A stretch of 64,000 nt of DNA from Podarcis erhardii (taxonomy: Eukaryota). The notes under the pieces were generated by a model. That model did no database searches. It was not told the DNA's origin and saw nothing but the letters and a program-made list of their open reading frames with translations. The position numbers and the translations under genes are program-made. The DNA is taken from NCBI GenBank assembly GCA_964252035.1, contig OZ176201.1; one strand, 5' to 3'. Shown here piece by piece: positions 11,497 through 23,688 of the stretch. Within the stretch, counting starts at the first letter, position 1; every line of letters starts with the position of its first letter.

Positions 11497-13420
11497 CTGG
11501 TGGAAGAAAGAAGAGGAGTCTTGAGTCTGGTTAGCAGCAGAAGCAGTGTTTACCCTCTGCCCTTACTTTGCCCCAAGTAAAAGTCACAACTCTTCTGCAT
11601 TGTCTTCCCTGCTCTAGGACCCATATGTTGTTGTCCCAATCAGCCCACCACCACTCAGTGTATTTCCTAGGAAGCCCCTACAGCTCAACACATCTACCTA
11701 TGCCCATTCAATCATGGAAGCCTTTTCTCTAGAAGAGGGGGTTCTAACAGAAAGGGGCATAAGGTGATGAAGTTGTCACTTCCCTCAAAAAGCATAAATC
11801 ATTTAAATTTTAAAGGAAGGGAATTATTTATATATCAGTTATTATCTGCCCTTCACTGTAAGGCCCCAGAACAGGAGGCAACAGAATATACAGTTATAAA
11901 AACAAAAGGTTTTTTTTTCTTTGAAAAGAATTGCAACTAAGTAAAACTGTTCCAGTCAAAACCAAAAGAGGTGGGTCCCACAAAACAAAATACTTTTAAC
12001 TGTCAAAGGCCAGGGTAAACAGGTTCATTTTTGGCATGCAACAGGAGCTGCAAAACAGACCTGCCCAAAGCTGTGTCCCTATTCCTGTTCTGCGCTGTAC
12101 CTTAAAACCCAGAGTCCTCCATACCCAGGCTCTGTTCAGGTACTCCCCTTACTCCCCTGTTCAGGTACCCCCCACTAATTTTAGGAGCTGGTAAACACAC
12201 ACACACACACACTGACTGCAGCATAGTAGCAGCCATTTCATCATGCATGAAAAGTACAACCACCTTGGTGGTGCATCTTTCTCAGTGCCCTTGCTGAAAT
12301 GGCTCCCAACCATATAGATGTGAAGGCATCCTCCACTCTAATCCTACCCTACTTTTCTCAGAGCCCCACTTACCCTGCAGCTGCAGCCCGCCTCTCTATG
12401 CTTGCAATGTCTGCAAAGCCATGTACACTTTCCCACACGAGCAACAATGACGTCTACTATGAATTGGGGCTCATTTAAACCAAGACAACAGAGAGATGGA
12501 GACAGAAATATGATGCCCTTTCTGGAATTTTCCAAAGTAATGGCTTCAAAAACTTTGTATTAAAGCCAGCCTTGCTGCAAAGTTACACAAGCCTACATAC
12601 AGTACAACCCTTTCAGTCCAAGAAGGGGAAGCACAAATACTTGGCGCGAACATGCAAAGAGCTGCACCGGAACAGTAAAGAACCAATGGAAGTTTATGAT
12701 TGCAACACGAGAGGGGTGGCCTATCTAGAGGGGGTATGCCTTGGGAAGGAGGTATGGCTTCAGGAGAGTTCAGAGGACTGGCTAGAGAGGGCCTGAGGTT
12801 CCCCACCCGGGCCTAAAACACTGGACCCAATGAGTGATCATTGGAGCCAGGGCAGGAGGAGGTTAATGACCACTAGGCCCATCAGGGCAGTGTTTAAAGC
12901 GGGGGGCACAATTCAAATCACCCTGACAGCTACACTTACATTCTTATTAGTTCAGGAAAATAACACTGCCTCGTTAACCATAAAAGGCATTTTTGTTACT
13001 TATTTTAATACAGTGTTTTCCAAGCCTATTCTCTGTCAACTTGTTTTCTCTTGGAACACTGCAGCCCTTCTTTTTGTGCCCAACAGTGCTTTCTTTTTCC
13101 TCTAACATGACTTTGTCTCTGTCTGCCTGTCTGTCTCTCTGCCGCTCCCTCTCAAAGCTATGCTCAGTCCTCTTGTTCCTCAACTCTCTCTCTGCACTCC
13201 TTCTGAAAATTTGCCTCCCTGGACAAAACAACAGTGCTTCCAGGAAGCATTTCCCCCCACCCCCCTCCATGGAATATGGAGATACACTTCTGTGTGCAGA
13301 AGCTTCATTATTTCTTCTATTGCTATTTATTAGTCACTTTCCTCACAAAGGTGACCCAAAGAGACTTACATTATAACTGTTGTTCATCTGTTCTAGATTT
13401 TATGAAATGGTTTGTCTACC

Positions 13421-13452
13421 TGTTTGTTTGTTTGTTTGTTTGTTTGTTTGTT
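13421..13452 (+). repeat. (GTTT)n microsatellite
   Basis: About 8 units. Confidence 0.95.
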
Positions 13453-13699
13453 ATTTTATTTGTTTGGACACCTCTTGAGATATAATCGCCAAACTTGGCA
13501 TGAGGGTTCCCAAGATGAGAGCAGCTGTCTTCATCATAGTTTGGACGCAGGGTGCCATTTTGAATCAAGATGGTGGACCAAAATGTGACTTGGGCATGAG
13601 TTCGCCTGATTTTTGGTGTGATGAGTCCAAACTCAGAAATCACAGTACCCATTATTAAATCACTCTTTTTTTTGGGGGGAGGGCTTCTATCATCCTCCA

Positions 13700-14460
13700 T
13701 GAACTATGTCTAAATTCTTTTTAAAGCTATCTAAGATAATGGCATCCATCACAACTTGCGGCCGTGAACTTCACAGGTTAATTGAACAAACACTTCCTTT
13801 TATCTGTTCTGAATCTCCCGCCAATCAATTTCATTGGGTGACTCCCAAATTCAGCTATGATGTGGAAACCTATTACTTTCGCCACACCATAATTTTCTAA
13901 ACTTCTATAAGGTCCCCCTTCGTCATCTTTTTTCTTTTTTCTAAACGGAAAAAACCAAACAACCCCAGACACTTGAGCTATCATAGGAAAGAGGTTCTGA
14001 TCCCTTGGTCATTTGGCTTTTCATTTTCAGTTCCATTATCTTTGTTTGAGACGAATGACCAGAAGTAAGCACAGTATTTCAAGTTTGACAGTACCACAGA
14101 TTTAGACATTATGATACTTGCTATTTTATTTTCAATCTCTTTTCCTTGTAATTTCCAATATTGAATTTGCCTTTTTCACAATTGGTGCAGCTTAAGTTTA
14201 TGTTTCTCTTTCCTGCAAAGTCATGGTTAGTTCATGTGTTGTAAAGGACTAGAATTTTTTTTAATCCCATTGTGCATAACTTTTCATTAACTTATATTCA
14301 GTGTTACATGCCAATGTCCATCCACCCAGTTTAGAGACATCCTTTTGGATTCTCCACCCCCTCAGTCTGTCTGGGATCCTACCATCCTGAATAATTTGGT
14401 ATATTCCATGGTTGCTACCTCACTTGTGACTCCAGATAATTTTTGGAAGGTTGAAATCCC
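13700..14460 (-). mobile_element. CR1 LINE 3' region, old
   Basis: Reverse-strand CR1 signatures: TTTTTAAAGCTATC...CATCACAAC, GACCAGAAG...CACAGTATTTCAAG, ATCCTGAATAATTTGGT. Confidence 0.7.
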
Positions 14461-17400
14461 CCTTTTTTCTCCCTGCACCCCAAAGTACACATTCTGCACC
14501 ATATCTGTAACTCCTTTTTTCAGTGAGCATCTGTTGTTGTGTTTCTGTCAACTTCCCCTACTTTTCTACTCCTTGTTGAGTTTTGTTGTAACAATATATA
14601 CTGCTAGCAATTCACACATTGAGGGAACATCAGACGCAGGCAGGCTGAGCCATGCATGACTGCAACATGATGGAAAAAGTGGTACCAATTCCATCATGTG
14701 GCTCTGAATCCAGGGAGGAGAACAGCAACACAAAATATGATCTGTGCATGCTCCCATCACCACCAGTGGTGGGCCTGCATAGGCCATGGTTGCTTCCATA
14801 GGCCTCAAACAGGCTTTTGGAATCTCCCCCAGGGCCAAATTCTGGTCTTGCGGCCTTATGCTCTGCAGGCCCAATCTCAATACAGAATTCAGTAACAGGC
14901 AATGGCAGCCAAGGCTTTAAACTTACTATGCACGGTTATCTTTCCCCTCATAACTAGCACATAACCCAGTGGGATAAGTCAGCACTGGAGAGCACTGAGT
15001 ATGGAGTGAGCCTAGCATGCATTATCCTTGGAAGTACTGAGGTCATACTGAAATAAAGGAAGAAATGTTCATCACCCTCCACGCTAATAAATTGGGGACA
15101 GAAATCAGAAGTCCCAGCTCACACTTTCTTGCATGAATACTGAACAGTGGTCCTCTTTCATCAAAGGCTGTGAGTCTAAATCTCATGTGAGGTGGATATT
15201 GCTCTGGCCACTAGGCTACCTACGTTGCCATGGAAATGGGCCTGAAATCCAGTGTGTCCACAGCCAGAAGGCCTTTCTGGTGCTGTTTCAGTCAAAGGGA
15301 AATATTAAAGTGACACTTGATCAGTGCCTACCCAAGGCTCATATATTTCTCCTGCCCCATACCCCTGGGATCTGAAATTCAATGTGTGGTGATAACAGAG
15401 GGCAGGAACCAGGCGTGTTCCAACTCTGGGGGGAATGGCATATAGAGAGATGTTTTGCTCCATTATTGGGCTGTCCTGTAGTCTCTATTCACCAAAAGAA
15501 GGGTGTAAACATGGGATTAAGTATTTTTGACACAGAAGAAACAACAACCCACTCCCCAGCCATAATCCCCATAGCCAAACCTGATAACAGGCCCCTGCTG
15601 GCAGACAGATGCTCTGACAGCTGCTACTCGCCCCCCAGCTGAGCTACAATGGGGCCTTTGCTGAATTAAACACAATAGCTTCTCCATCTTCTGGCCCACC
15701 CCCTGTGCTCTGACCCACAATGCCAATTTCATTTGTAGGTTAAGGACAAGGAAATGTCCACTCATAATGGGAATGTGTACACTGTATTGCCAAGCTAAGA
15801 AAAATATCCACTGCCTTGTACAGGAATTTTTGGTTTGCACAGCTTGACCTGAAAAAGGAATGACATCTTGTGGGAGTGTCAGGGAAAAGGCTTGGGAACC
15901 AGATTTCAGAGAAGTGGGGATAGGAGCTGTCAGGACTCCTGGGGTCTATACACCAGACCCGGCCCATCCCAAGTTGTCTGCACACACCCTCTGTGTTTTG
16001 TGTTCTGCATATGTGATATGAAAAAGCATGTCACTTTTCCAGAGGGAGCCACAATGAAGGACTCTGCATTTTAAATGAAATGCAAGGGAACAAGAAAACA
16101 TAAAATAAAAGTGCTGTTTCCAGTAGTCCCTGCCTCCCATGCCCCCTGCTGTTGAATTCTCCCTAGTGCTGCAGATGGGTGCTTGCAATCACAGCAGGAG
16201 GAGTGTTTCCCCCTGAGCATTTTGACTCCTGCAAGTTTCCCCAACTTGGAAGCGGATGCTGACAGCTACTGCACAGAGGGAAGAGAGATACAGCTGTCCC
16301 ACTCTTGGCTTCCTTGCCTGGGTCTCTGGCAACGAGACAGTGATTCCCCATGGAAGCTGAGGGCACAACATGAGCAAGCAGTTGTAAATTTCCTCATAGA
16401 ATAAAAGACTATGGCTTTAGCTCAGAGCAGGACAAGAGATGGGGTGAAATAGGACCATATATATCACAGCCAGGGAACACTGTGTCCTGAACAAGAGCCA
16501 TTCTCTCCACGTTCCCTACACTGCCCAAATTTAATATTGGATGTAGGCAGAACAACGGCTGATGCAAAAATAATCCCCACTTCAGTGGCACCTTCCATAC
16601 TCCATTGCAGTGACTAATAACATCTTGGACTAATAAAACTGCAAATGGGTCTCCAGCCTGAGAAAGCCTGCTATGAAGGGGCACAACTGAGGCTCAAGGA
16701 GGCAGGACCATACAAAAACAAGCATTCATTAACAACAACTGTGCAAAATATACAATACGGAAGCTCAAGCTAAACTTTTGCAGCACAATGTATTCTACTA
16801 AACCTTGCCCACAGGAGACTACATCTTTTTAAAATTATGCAATGGATGAGAATGCCCACCACTCTCCCTGTTTCCCAAAGCATAGCAGTCTCTTGACTGA
16901 GGCCTCATATACTCATATATATTTTTACTCTGTAAGACTGGTAATACACCATGTGTGGGGCTACCTTCTTATCAGGATTGTAGGCACAATAGTTATAACC
17001 TGTATGGCAGAGTTGGCTAACTTCTGCACAAATTTTGGCAGTGGCAAAAAAAGGGGGAGACAATTAAAGCGGGCACAGAACTCTGGTAGGCAGAGAAGAT
17101 ACAAACTGAACTACATATGAGGTGTGAGGGGGCCACACCGACCATTGGTGCGCAGCCTCCAGGAGGTTTGGTCAAGGATGAATGTGGCCCTCAGGCTAAA
17201 AAAAGGTTAGCTGCATGGTGTACAACAGTGTTTCTGTGATCAAATTGGTTCACATACTATCAGTGTTGACAGAAGAGCACCATGTAACCATGCTTACTGG
17301 TATTTATTCCTGTAAGGGAGCGTGTCCACAACCAACCAGTGACTCTGATTGTCATCAGTATTCAATAACTGTTAGCATTCTTATGACCATGTACCATGTG

Positions 17401-18471
17401 GAGTTAGCACTTACCCAATTTACTACTCTGGAAAGAAGTATTATTGATCATCATGATGGCCACAATTTGTGCAGCACTTTTATTAAAGTGCAGAGCACTT
17501 TATAAACTTTTTTGTTCACTCCCATTTGAATATACAATCAATAAGGAAAATACCTGCAGCTGCATCTGGTTCGTGCTTCTCTCAGGCCTGGTCCCCCTTT
17601 TCCCTACCTCACATCATCATTCCCTTGCTTCTTGCAACACAATACTCCCCAGCAATTGTGTCAGCACAAACTGATGGGAGAGATTATCCCCTGCAGAGCC
17701 TTTCATGTTAATTTCCTGCTTCACCATGCAAACTGACCCAAAGAATCCCAGCTTAAGCTAGAGATTTAACAAGCAGGCTGAAAGCTGCCCCCATGTTGCC
17801 CCTTCCCACTATTGAGAGAATGCTGTCCAACTCCAGCCTCAGCAGGGTCCCATGTCTTTGTCCTGCAGCGCTTCACCTTGTTTGCTCTGGGCTTTGTGAA
17901 GCAGGGCCAGGAGTACGCTTCCCCAGGCAGGGCTGTGTGCATTAAAGACACTTCAAAAACCCTCCCTAATTATGGATTTATCATCTCTCCACAAGGCTGC
18001 TCTCTCACTCTTTCTCTCTTGGGAAAAGACGCCGCTTCTTAAGAAACTGCCTAATTACATCTAAAACTGCCAAATTATTGCATTACCCCCAAGAGGGCGG
18101 CGATGTACATATCTCTGTAATGTACACCAGGGTGAGACAGCAGCCAGATGTAGGCCTGGAAGAGATTATTACACAAGGGAAGCAAAAGGGCATTTGTAGC
18201 GTGTCTGTAGCTGGCGCAGTGTGATCCAGTGACTGAACACTGGAGTTGGAACAAAAACAATGGGCCTTTAATTCTCAGCTTTGGAAGATGAGTAGGGTCT
18301 GGATGGAGAAAGCAGAAAAAGGCTCGGTAGGAAGATGGACCCACGGATGCGATGCCTGTTTATTGCTGCATGACCATTAGGGAAGCCTTCTCTCTCCCCA
18401 TCTTGCAGGCAGCAGGCTCAAGCCATTTGCTTTCCATGATACAGCCCTTGCAAGGAAGTCCCTGGGAGGAG

Positions 18472-18640
18472 AGGGGGAAAGCGTAGCTCAGTGACAGAGC
18501 ACATGCTTTGCACATAGGTCCCAATCCCAGGCAAAGAACAAAGTAAAGAGGACTAGGTAGCAGATGATCAAAAAGGCCTCTGACCGGGACCCCTGAGAGC
18601 TGCTGCCGTTCAAAGCAGACAACACTGGCCTAGATGGGCA
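18472..18640 (+). mobile_element. Squam3-like SINE, old
   Basis: GTAGCTCAGTGACAGAGCACATGCTTTGCA...GAGAGCTGCTGCC...CTAGATGG. Confidence 0.6.
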
Positions 18641-18904
18641 AATATTTTAAAAGGCAGGGGCTTATGTTCCTAAGCATGACTGAAAAGGCAGCAGCATGTG
18701 AAGAGACCTCTTTGCTTTCAAGTCTCAAGTTCTTAGACAGCTCTGTAGGCAGCAAAGGGTCCCAGAACAGGAATTCAGTTGGCCTCTCTCTCCAGCTTGG
18801 TTGGCAGCTTAGCCTCAGCTACCATGTTTGGAGCACCTGTCTAGCCCAATACCTATTTCCACAAAGGATTAGCATCCTCTCTTTTTACATCCGTTATCCA
18901 ATCT

Positions 18905-19050
18905 AACTTCAGTGGGGGTATTTAAGCAGAGGCTGGACAGCCACCTGTCATGGATACTGTAGCAGCTCCCTGCACTGCAGGTCCTGTGCTGAGGAATGGG
19001 TTGGAGTAGATGTCCTCCCCAGCTTCTTCCAGCACTATAATTCTATGTGA
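18905..19050 (+). mobile_element. CR1 3' end
   Basis: TTTAAGCAGAGGCTGGACAGCCACCTGTC...GGGTTGGAGTAGATG...CTTCCAGCACTATAATTCTATG. Confidence 0.7.
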
Positions 19051-19544
19051 CTTGGTGCCTCTGCAATCTAGTCATGAGCCTACCGCTGATCACCTGTTAG
19101 GTCAATTGCCCACGTGTCTAAATAAAAGGTGGCGATAATGCTGGGTGGCTTCTCCACACTTTGCCACGAGGCCAATCAATTTCCATTTTAATGAAAAATC
19201 TCCTATGCAGGCCATGCTAGAGTCACAATACGGTGCAGTCAATGTGGAGGAGCTGAGTTGTGCTGCTTATCGGGAGTAGATCCCAAGGCTCGTGATACAG
19301 TTACCTTGCTGAAGCTAAGCAGCTCTTGAAACTGTTCAGTACTTTGGTGCCTGTGCACACTGCTTGATTTACTCCCATCATGGAAGAAAAGCAGGAGATA
19401 AATATCACATATGCTCGCCATAGGTACAATCACATTTCATTGCTCCAAACTGCAGCAGTGACCCACAACCCAAGTAAAGAACTGCATTTCCCCTGCAACT
19501 TTGGAGCTGCAAGAAAATCTTCTTTCTTTTTTGGTGATCCCTCA

Positions 19545-20060
19545 TAGACTAATAAGATTGTCTTCCATGAACATGGTCATAACAGTGAGTCCGTAAGTGA
19601 CTGTGGGGGCCAATTCTGGATCCACACATCCTTCCACAGTGGGGACCTAGGTTTCCAGGCAGGAGTTGATCATGGTAAGGGTTTGCCTTCCTCTTAGCTT
19701 GTTTCTCCTTTTCATCCTGAGTTTGTGCTTCTTCAAAGTTCATGTCAGCTTTGGTAAAGGCTGTTCTCCAATTGGAGTGCTCGCAGGTCAGTTTCCCCAC
19801 TGTTGGTGTTTATACTACAATTTTAAAGATTTGCCTTGAGGGAGTCTTTAAACCTCTTTTGTTGACCACCAGCATTAAGTTTGGAATAGAGTAGTTGCTT
19901 TGGAAGACGATAATCAGGCAACCGAAAAACATGACCAGTCCAACGAAGTTGATGTTGAAGAATCATTGCTTCGACGCTAGTGATCTTTGCTTCTTCCAGT
20001 ACACTGACATTTGTTTGCCTGTCTTCCCAAGCGATATATAAAATTTTTTCAGAGACACCA
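19545..20060 (-). mobile_element. RTE-clade LINE 3' fragment
   Basis: Translates WEDRQTNVSVLEEA...QLRWTGHVFRLPDYRLPKQLLYS...KRFKDSLKANL, then after a frameshift WRTAF...CGRMCGSRIGPHSHLRTH. This is the C-terminal region typical of RTE ORFs. Confidence 0.88.
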
Positions 20061-22074
20061 TTGATGGAATCTTTTGAGGAGTTGGAGATGGCGCTTATAA
20101 GTGGTCCATGTTTCACAAGTGTATAGTAAGGTTGGTAGTACAATAGTTTTGTAAACAAGCATTTTGGTTTCTCTGCAAATGGAGCTCCAATAAAATGTAT
20201 TATCTTTGAAAGAAAGGTGCTTCCCAGTAGGAAGATAGTTGCGTTCTGTGTATCAAATGAACTACCACTGCACATTGGTTGTGGAATAAACTGATCAAAG
20301 TCCTACTTTCAACCTATTTATTCAAGCTGGAAACTATTTTGTGCACAGAATGGCTCCATTTTGAAAGCAAAACCTGGCAGTAGGGGATATTCATGTTTTA
20401 AATATCAACCTGCTACCATAAAAGCACTGATATATTGTGGTTCTATGGCTAGCATTGTTTTAGGACTATGCTTAGAAGCAGCAAGTTAACTCAGCTGTCA
20501 TATTTGATTCTTCAAATGGCTGCATTACGTTTCTAATTTGGGGAAAATGGGGAAAGATACAACAAACTAATTATTAAGCACCCTTAAAGTCATTTAACAG
20601 GGGGACAATATTTTCCCCATTCTGTCAAGTCTCACCTCCCCCTTATAGTCTACTTTAGAACAACAGCAACTCACAATGGCCCGAGCAAAGAGCTGCAGAA
20701 AAAAGAGAGAGAAAAAGACAGTCCTCTGGAATGCTAGCTGAGGCCAGCTCCAGTGGATTTATTGGCATTCAGAAGTCTGGATTCCTCTTCCAAATACAAA
20801 GGTGCCCTGGCAACTCCTGGCATTAAGCTGCTTCCCCCTCGGTGTGTCCTGTGCTTTGCATAAGGAGAATCACAGTTTTTATTAGGAGGAAATACAGAGC
20901 CCTCACGGACAGACAGCTGGCACAGAACTCAGGGTTTCTGCATTCCCTCCCCAGCTGCGGAAGAAAAACAGGAGAAACCGGTACAGTACGGCGGGTGTAT
21001 TCTTGCTGCAATACATGGCTATTTCCTCAGCTTGCAACTCATTCAATTCACCTCGCCGTTCAGCATCTGAGGCCACTTTCCGAAATGACACCAGGGGCCT
21101 TTCAAGATGATTGAAACCCCCACATTTTATACTTACTGCTGCCAACAGCAGCTGGTGCAGAGGTGTGCTGGGAGGTAACAGGCCACTGCGACTTGCGAGG
21201 ACCCACCATCACATGCGAGATGCAAGGCTGCAGGGGTGGGGCAGCACTCCACATGCTTCACTTACTCATTCATTCATTCATTATTTAAAACTACTTTAAA
21301 AATGTAAATAGCTGCCGACTGGGTAGAAGTGCTCTGCACCAGCTGCTCTCAGTGCCCATGACCAGCCTGGATGCTCTTAGCCAGTCCGCAGTCCTGCACA
21401 CTGTGACTTTGGCCTCCCCCTGACTCCACGGCCATCTTGCATCATCTCTTGCCAGAAAGAGCACTGGCTCCTCTCCCAGTGGAAGCCTCTACCTGACTCT
21501 TGCCTCCTGCCCAGCACATCACTGGGTTGGCCAGCACCAACCCAAGTGCTATTGTTTCGGCAACAGCAGTGCTTTATCCATAGTGTAGGTGGCAAGATAA
21601 TTGTGGGGTCGAGAGGGGGAATCTCCCCCCCCCCTCAAACAAAGGGAGATGCACGCTTCAGCACAAGAATAGGGTGATTGACAACAAAATTAGGATTAAG
21701 ACAAAGCTGTATTTCCAAATAGCAGAACATTGCAATAAAGAACAACATTGATGGTCAGCACAAATTTGTTCTTTGCTTTTCAGGAGTAACAGAAAAGCTC
21801 CCAGGCCATGGGAGCAGCTGGAGAATGTTCAGCCTAAAGGATATATGAAATAATTTCAGCTGTGAGGTAGAGAGTCAGGACACATATCACAACCTGAACC
21901 CAGCAGGTGTCCATGATTTTCAGGCAACCTCATTCTGCACTAAGCTCACATAATGACTGCAGTGGGTAGAACGCTGGGATGAGGACCAAGGAAGCCTAAG
22001 CTTGCATCTCCACTTAGCTATGAGGATAAAACTGTGGGGCAGGCATGTACTCAGCCCCAACTTCTTAGATGGGC

Positions 22075-22248
22075 AGGATTTGCACATCAAATTTGCAAAT
22101 GACATCAAACTGGGAGCAGCAGCTTATGCCGCAGCAGAAGACAGAATCAGGATTCAAGATGACCTAAACAGATTGGAGAACTGGGCCCAAACTAACAAAA
22201 TGAATTTTAATAGGGACAAATGTAAGGTTCTGCAAATGTAAGGTTCTG
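22075..22248 (+). mobile_element. CR1 reverse transcriptase fragment
   Basis: Translates IKFANDIKLG...RIQDDLNRLENWAQTNKMNFNRDKCKVL, a decayed version of the CR1 motif KFADDTKLGG...W...N.M.FN..KCKV. Confidence 0.85.
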
Positions 22249-22387
22249 TGGTTGAAGTACACACACACACTTTTTATGTTCTTATAGTCTGCCATTTTGT
22301 CCAAACCAGCAAATTGAGCTTGCCCTGGAAACCAGGATTAGAAATCAGGGGTTGATCCTGGTTTGCAGCAAGGAAAGGATAAGTAAT

Positions 22388-22514
22388 AGTTTTCGTCTTG
22401 CAAAGCAAGCCCATAGGGAAATTTGTCTTGCGAAGCACCTCGAAAAACGGAAAACCCTTTCGTCTAGCGAGTTTTTCGTCTAGCGAGGCATTCGTCTTGT
22501 GGGGCACCACTGTA
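22388..22514. mobile_element. Tigger/pogo-type MITE, truncated copy (one end only, inverted relative to copy 1)
   Basis: Its reverse complement matches about 3855-3978 closely by eye. It ends GGGGCACCACTG-TA and the other TIR is missing. Confidence 0.85.
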
Positions 22515-23335
22515 CAGCCGCTGTCTATATTTAAATAGATGAGCCTATGCAAATGAGCAGTGGCTGCAGATGCTCTCTCCTTCTTCCCCTCCCACAAGAG
22601 TAGTGACATTTTGTACTCCTATAGAGTCCCTTCAGGGCAGGGAAGTGTTGTTTTCCCCACATCACATGATACATTCTCCACCCTTTCTATGCAAAAGAAA
22701 AAAGAAATTTAAAAACCCCATTCATCTACTCACCTGTTAAGTTTGCATACTACAATGATCCCAGGCTGCCTCTCTGCATATCCAGTCTTCCTGCTTTAGA
22801 CAAACTGAGCTCTTTTAATCACACTTATTTAAATCCTCTAAAACCCTTTAATCACTTTTGGCAACTTCTCTATATTTCCTCTCACTTGATTACAGTTTTG
22901 TCTCCCCCACATTGGGACCCTGGATTGTCCCCAGAGTCTCACAGATGGGACATGTGCCTCTCACCTGATGGAGAGATATAAAGCTGCCTTTTTATCTCAA
23001 AGTGGAGTGATTACTAGAAAAGTATCTCATCCTGCCCCCAGCCATTCATTCATTCATTCCCTGAAAGCAGGTCGTGCCCTAGAGCCAATTTTAACAAAAT
23101 GTGTTTGGGGACAGATCTAGGAACAATATGGGTGCTTCCTGAATATTGAAGAGTATTGTGGCTTCAGAACAGTAAGACAGGAGCAAGGAACCTGTGGTTC
23201 TCTAGTTGCTGGACCACAAGTCCCACCATCTCTGACCATTGGCCATACCGAACCAATGGAGGCCCTTTAACATCTGGAGGGCCTCGGGTTCCTCATCCCT
23301 GAAATAAGCAATTAAGGCAGGCTCCTACCAGATTA

Positions 23336-23688
23336 GGGATGTGGGTGGCGCTGTGGGTTAAACCACAGAGCCTAGGACTTGCTGATCAGAAGGTCAGCAG
23401 TTCGAATCCCCGCAACGGGGTGAGCGCCCGTTGCTCGGTCGCAGCTCCTGCCAACCTAGCAGTTCGAAAGCACGTCAAAGTGCAAGTAGATAAATAGGTA
23501 CCGCTCTGGCGGGAAGGTAAACGGCGTTTCTGTGTGCTGCTCTGGTTCGCCAGAAGCAGCTTATTCATGCTGGCCACATGACCCGGAAGCTGTACACTGG
23601 CTCCCTCGGCCAATAAAGCGAGATGAGCGCCGCAACCCCAGAGTCGGCCATGACTGGACCTAATGGTCAGGGGTCCCTTTACCTTTTA
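23336..23688 (+). mobile_element. Sauria SINE (Squam1), full length
   Basis: tRNA-like head GGGATGTGGGTGGCGCTGTGGG with B box GTTCGAATCCC, typical body, and an ACCTTT tail. TSD CCTACCAGATT at 23324-23334 and 23689-23699. Confidence 0.92.

Noticed and set aside
19823-20275. 150-aa ORF as a functional gene
   Set aside because: It is a truncated, frameshifted RTE LINE relic fused to unrelated upstream sequence.
20895-20915. REST/NRSF RE1 site
   Set aside because: Only the right half (CACGGACAG) matches. The left half TTCAGCAC is absent.
23386-23613. Similar short ORFs here and at 56799-57002, suggesting duplicated genes
   Set aside because: Both are antisense translations of Sauria SINE copies.
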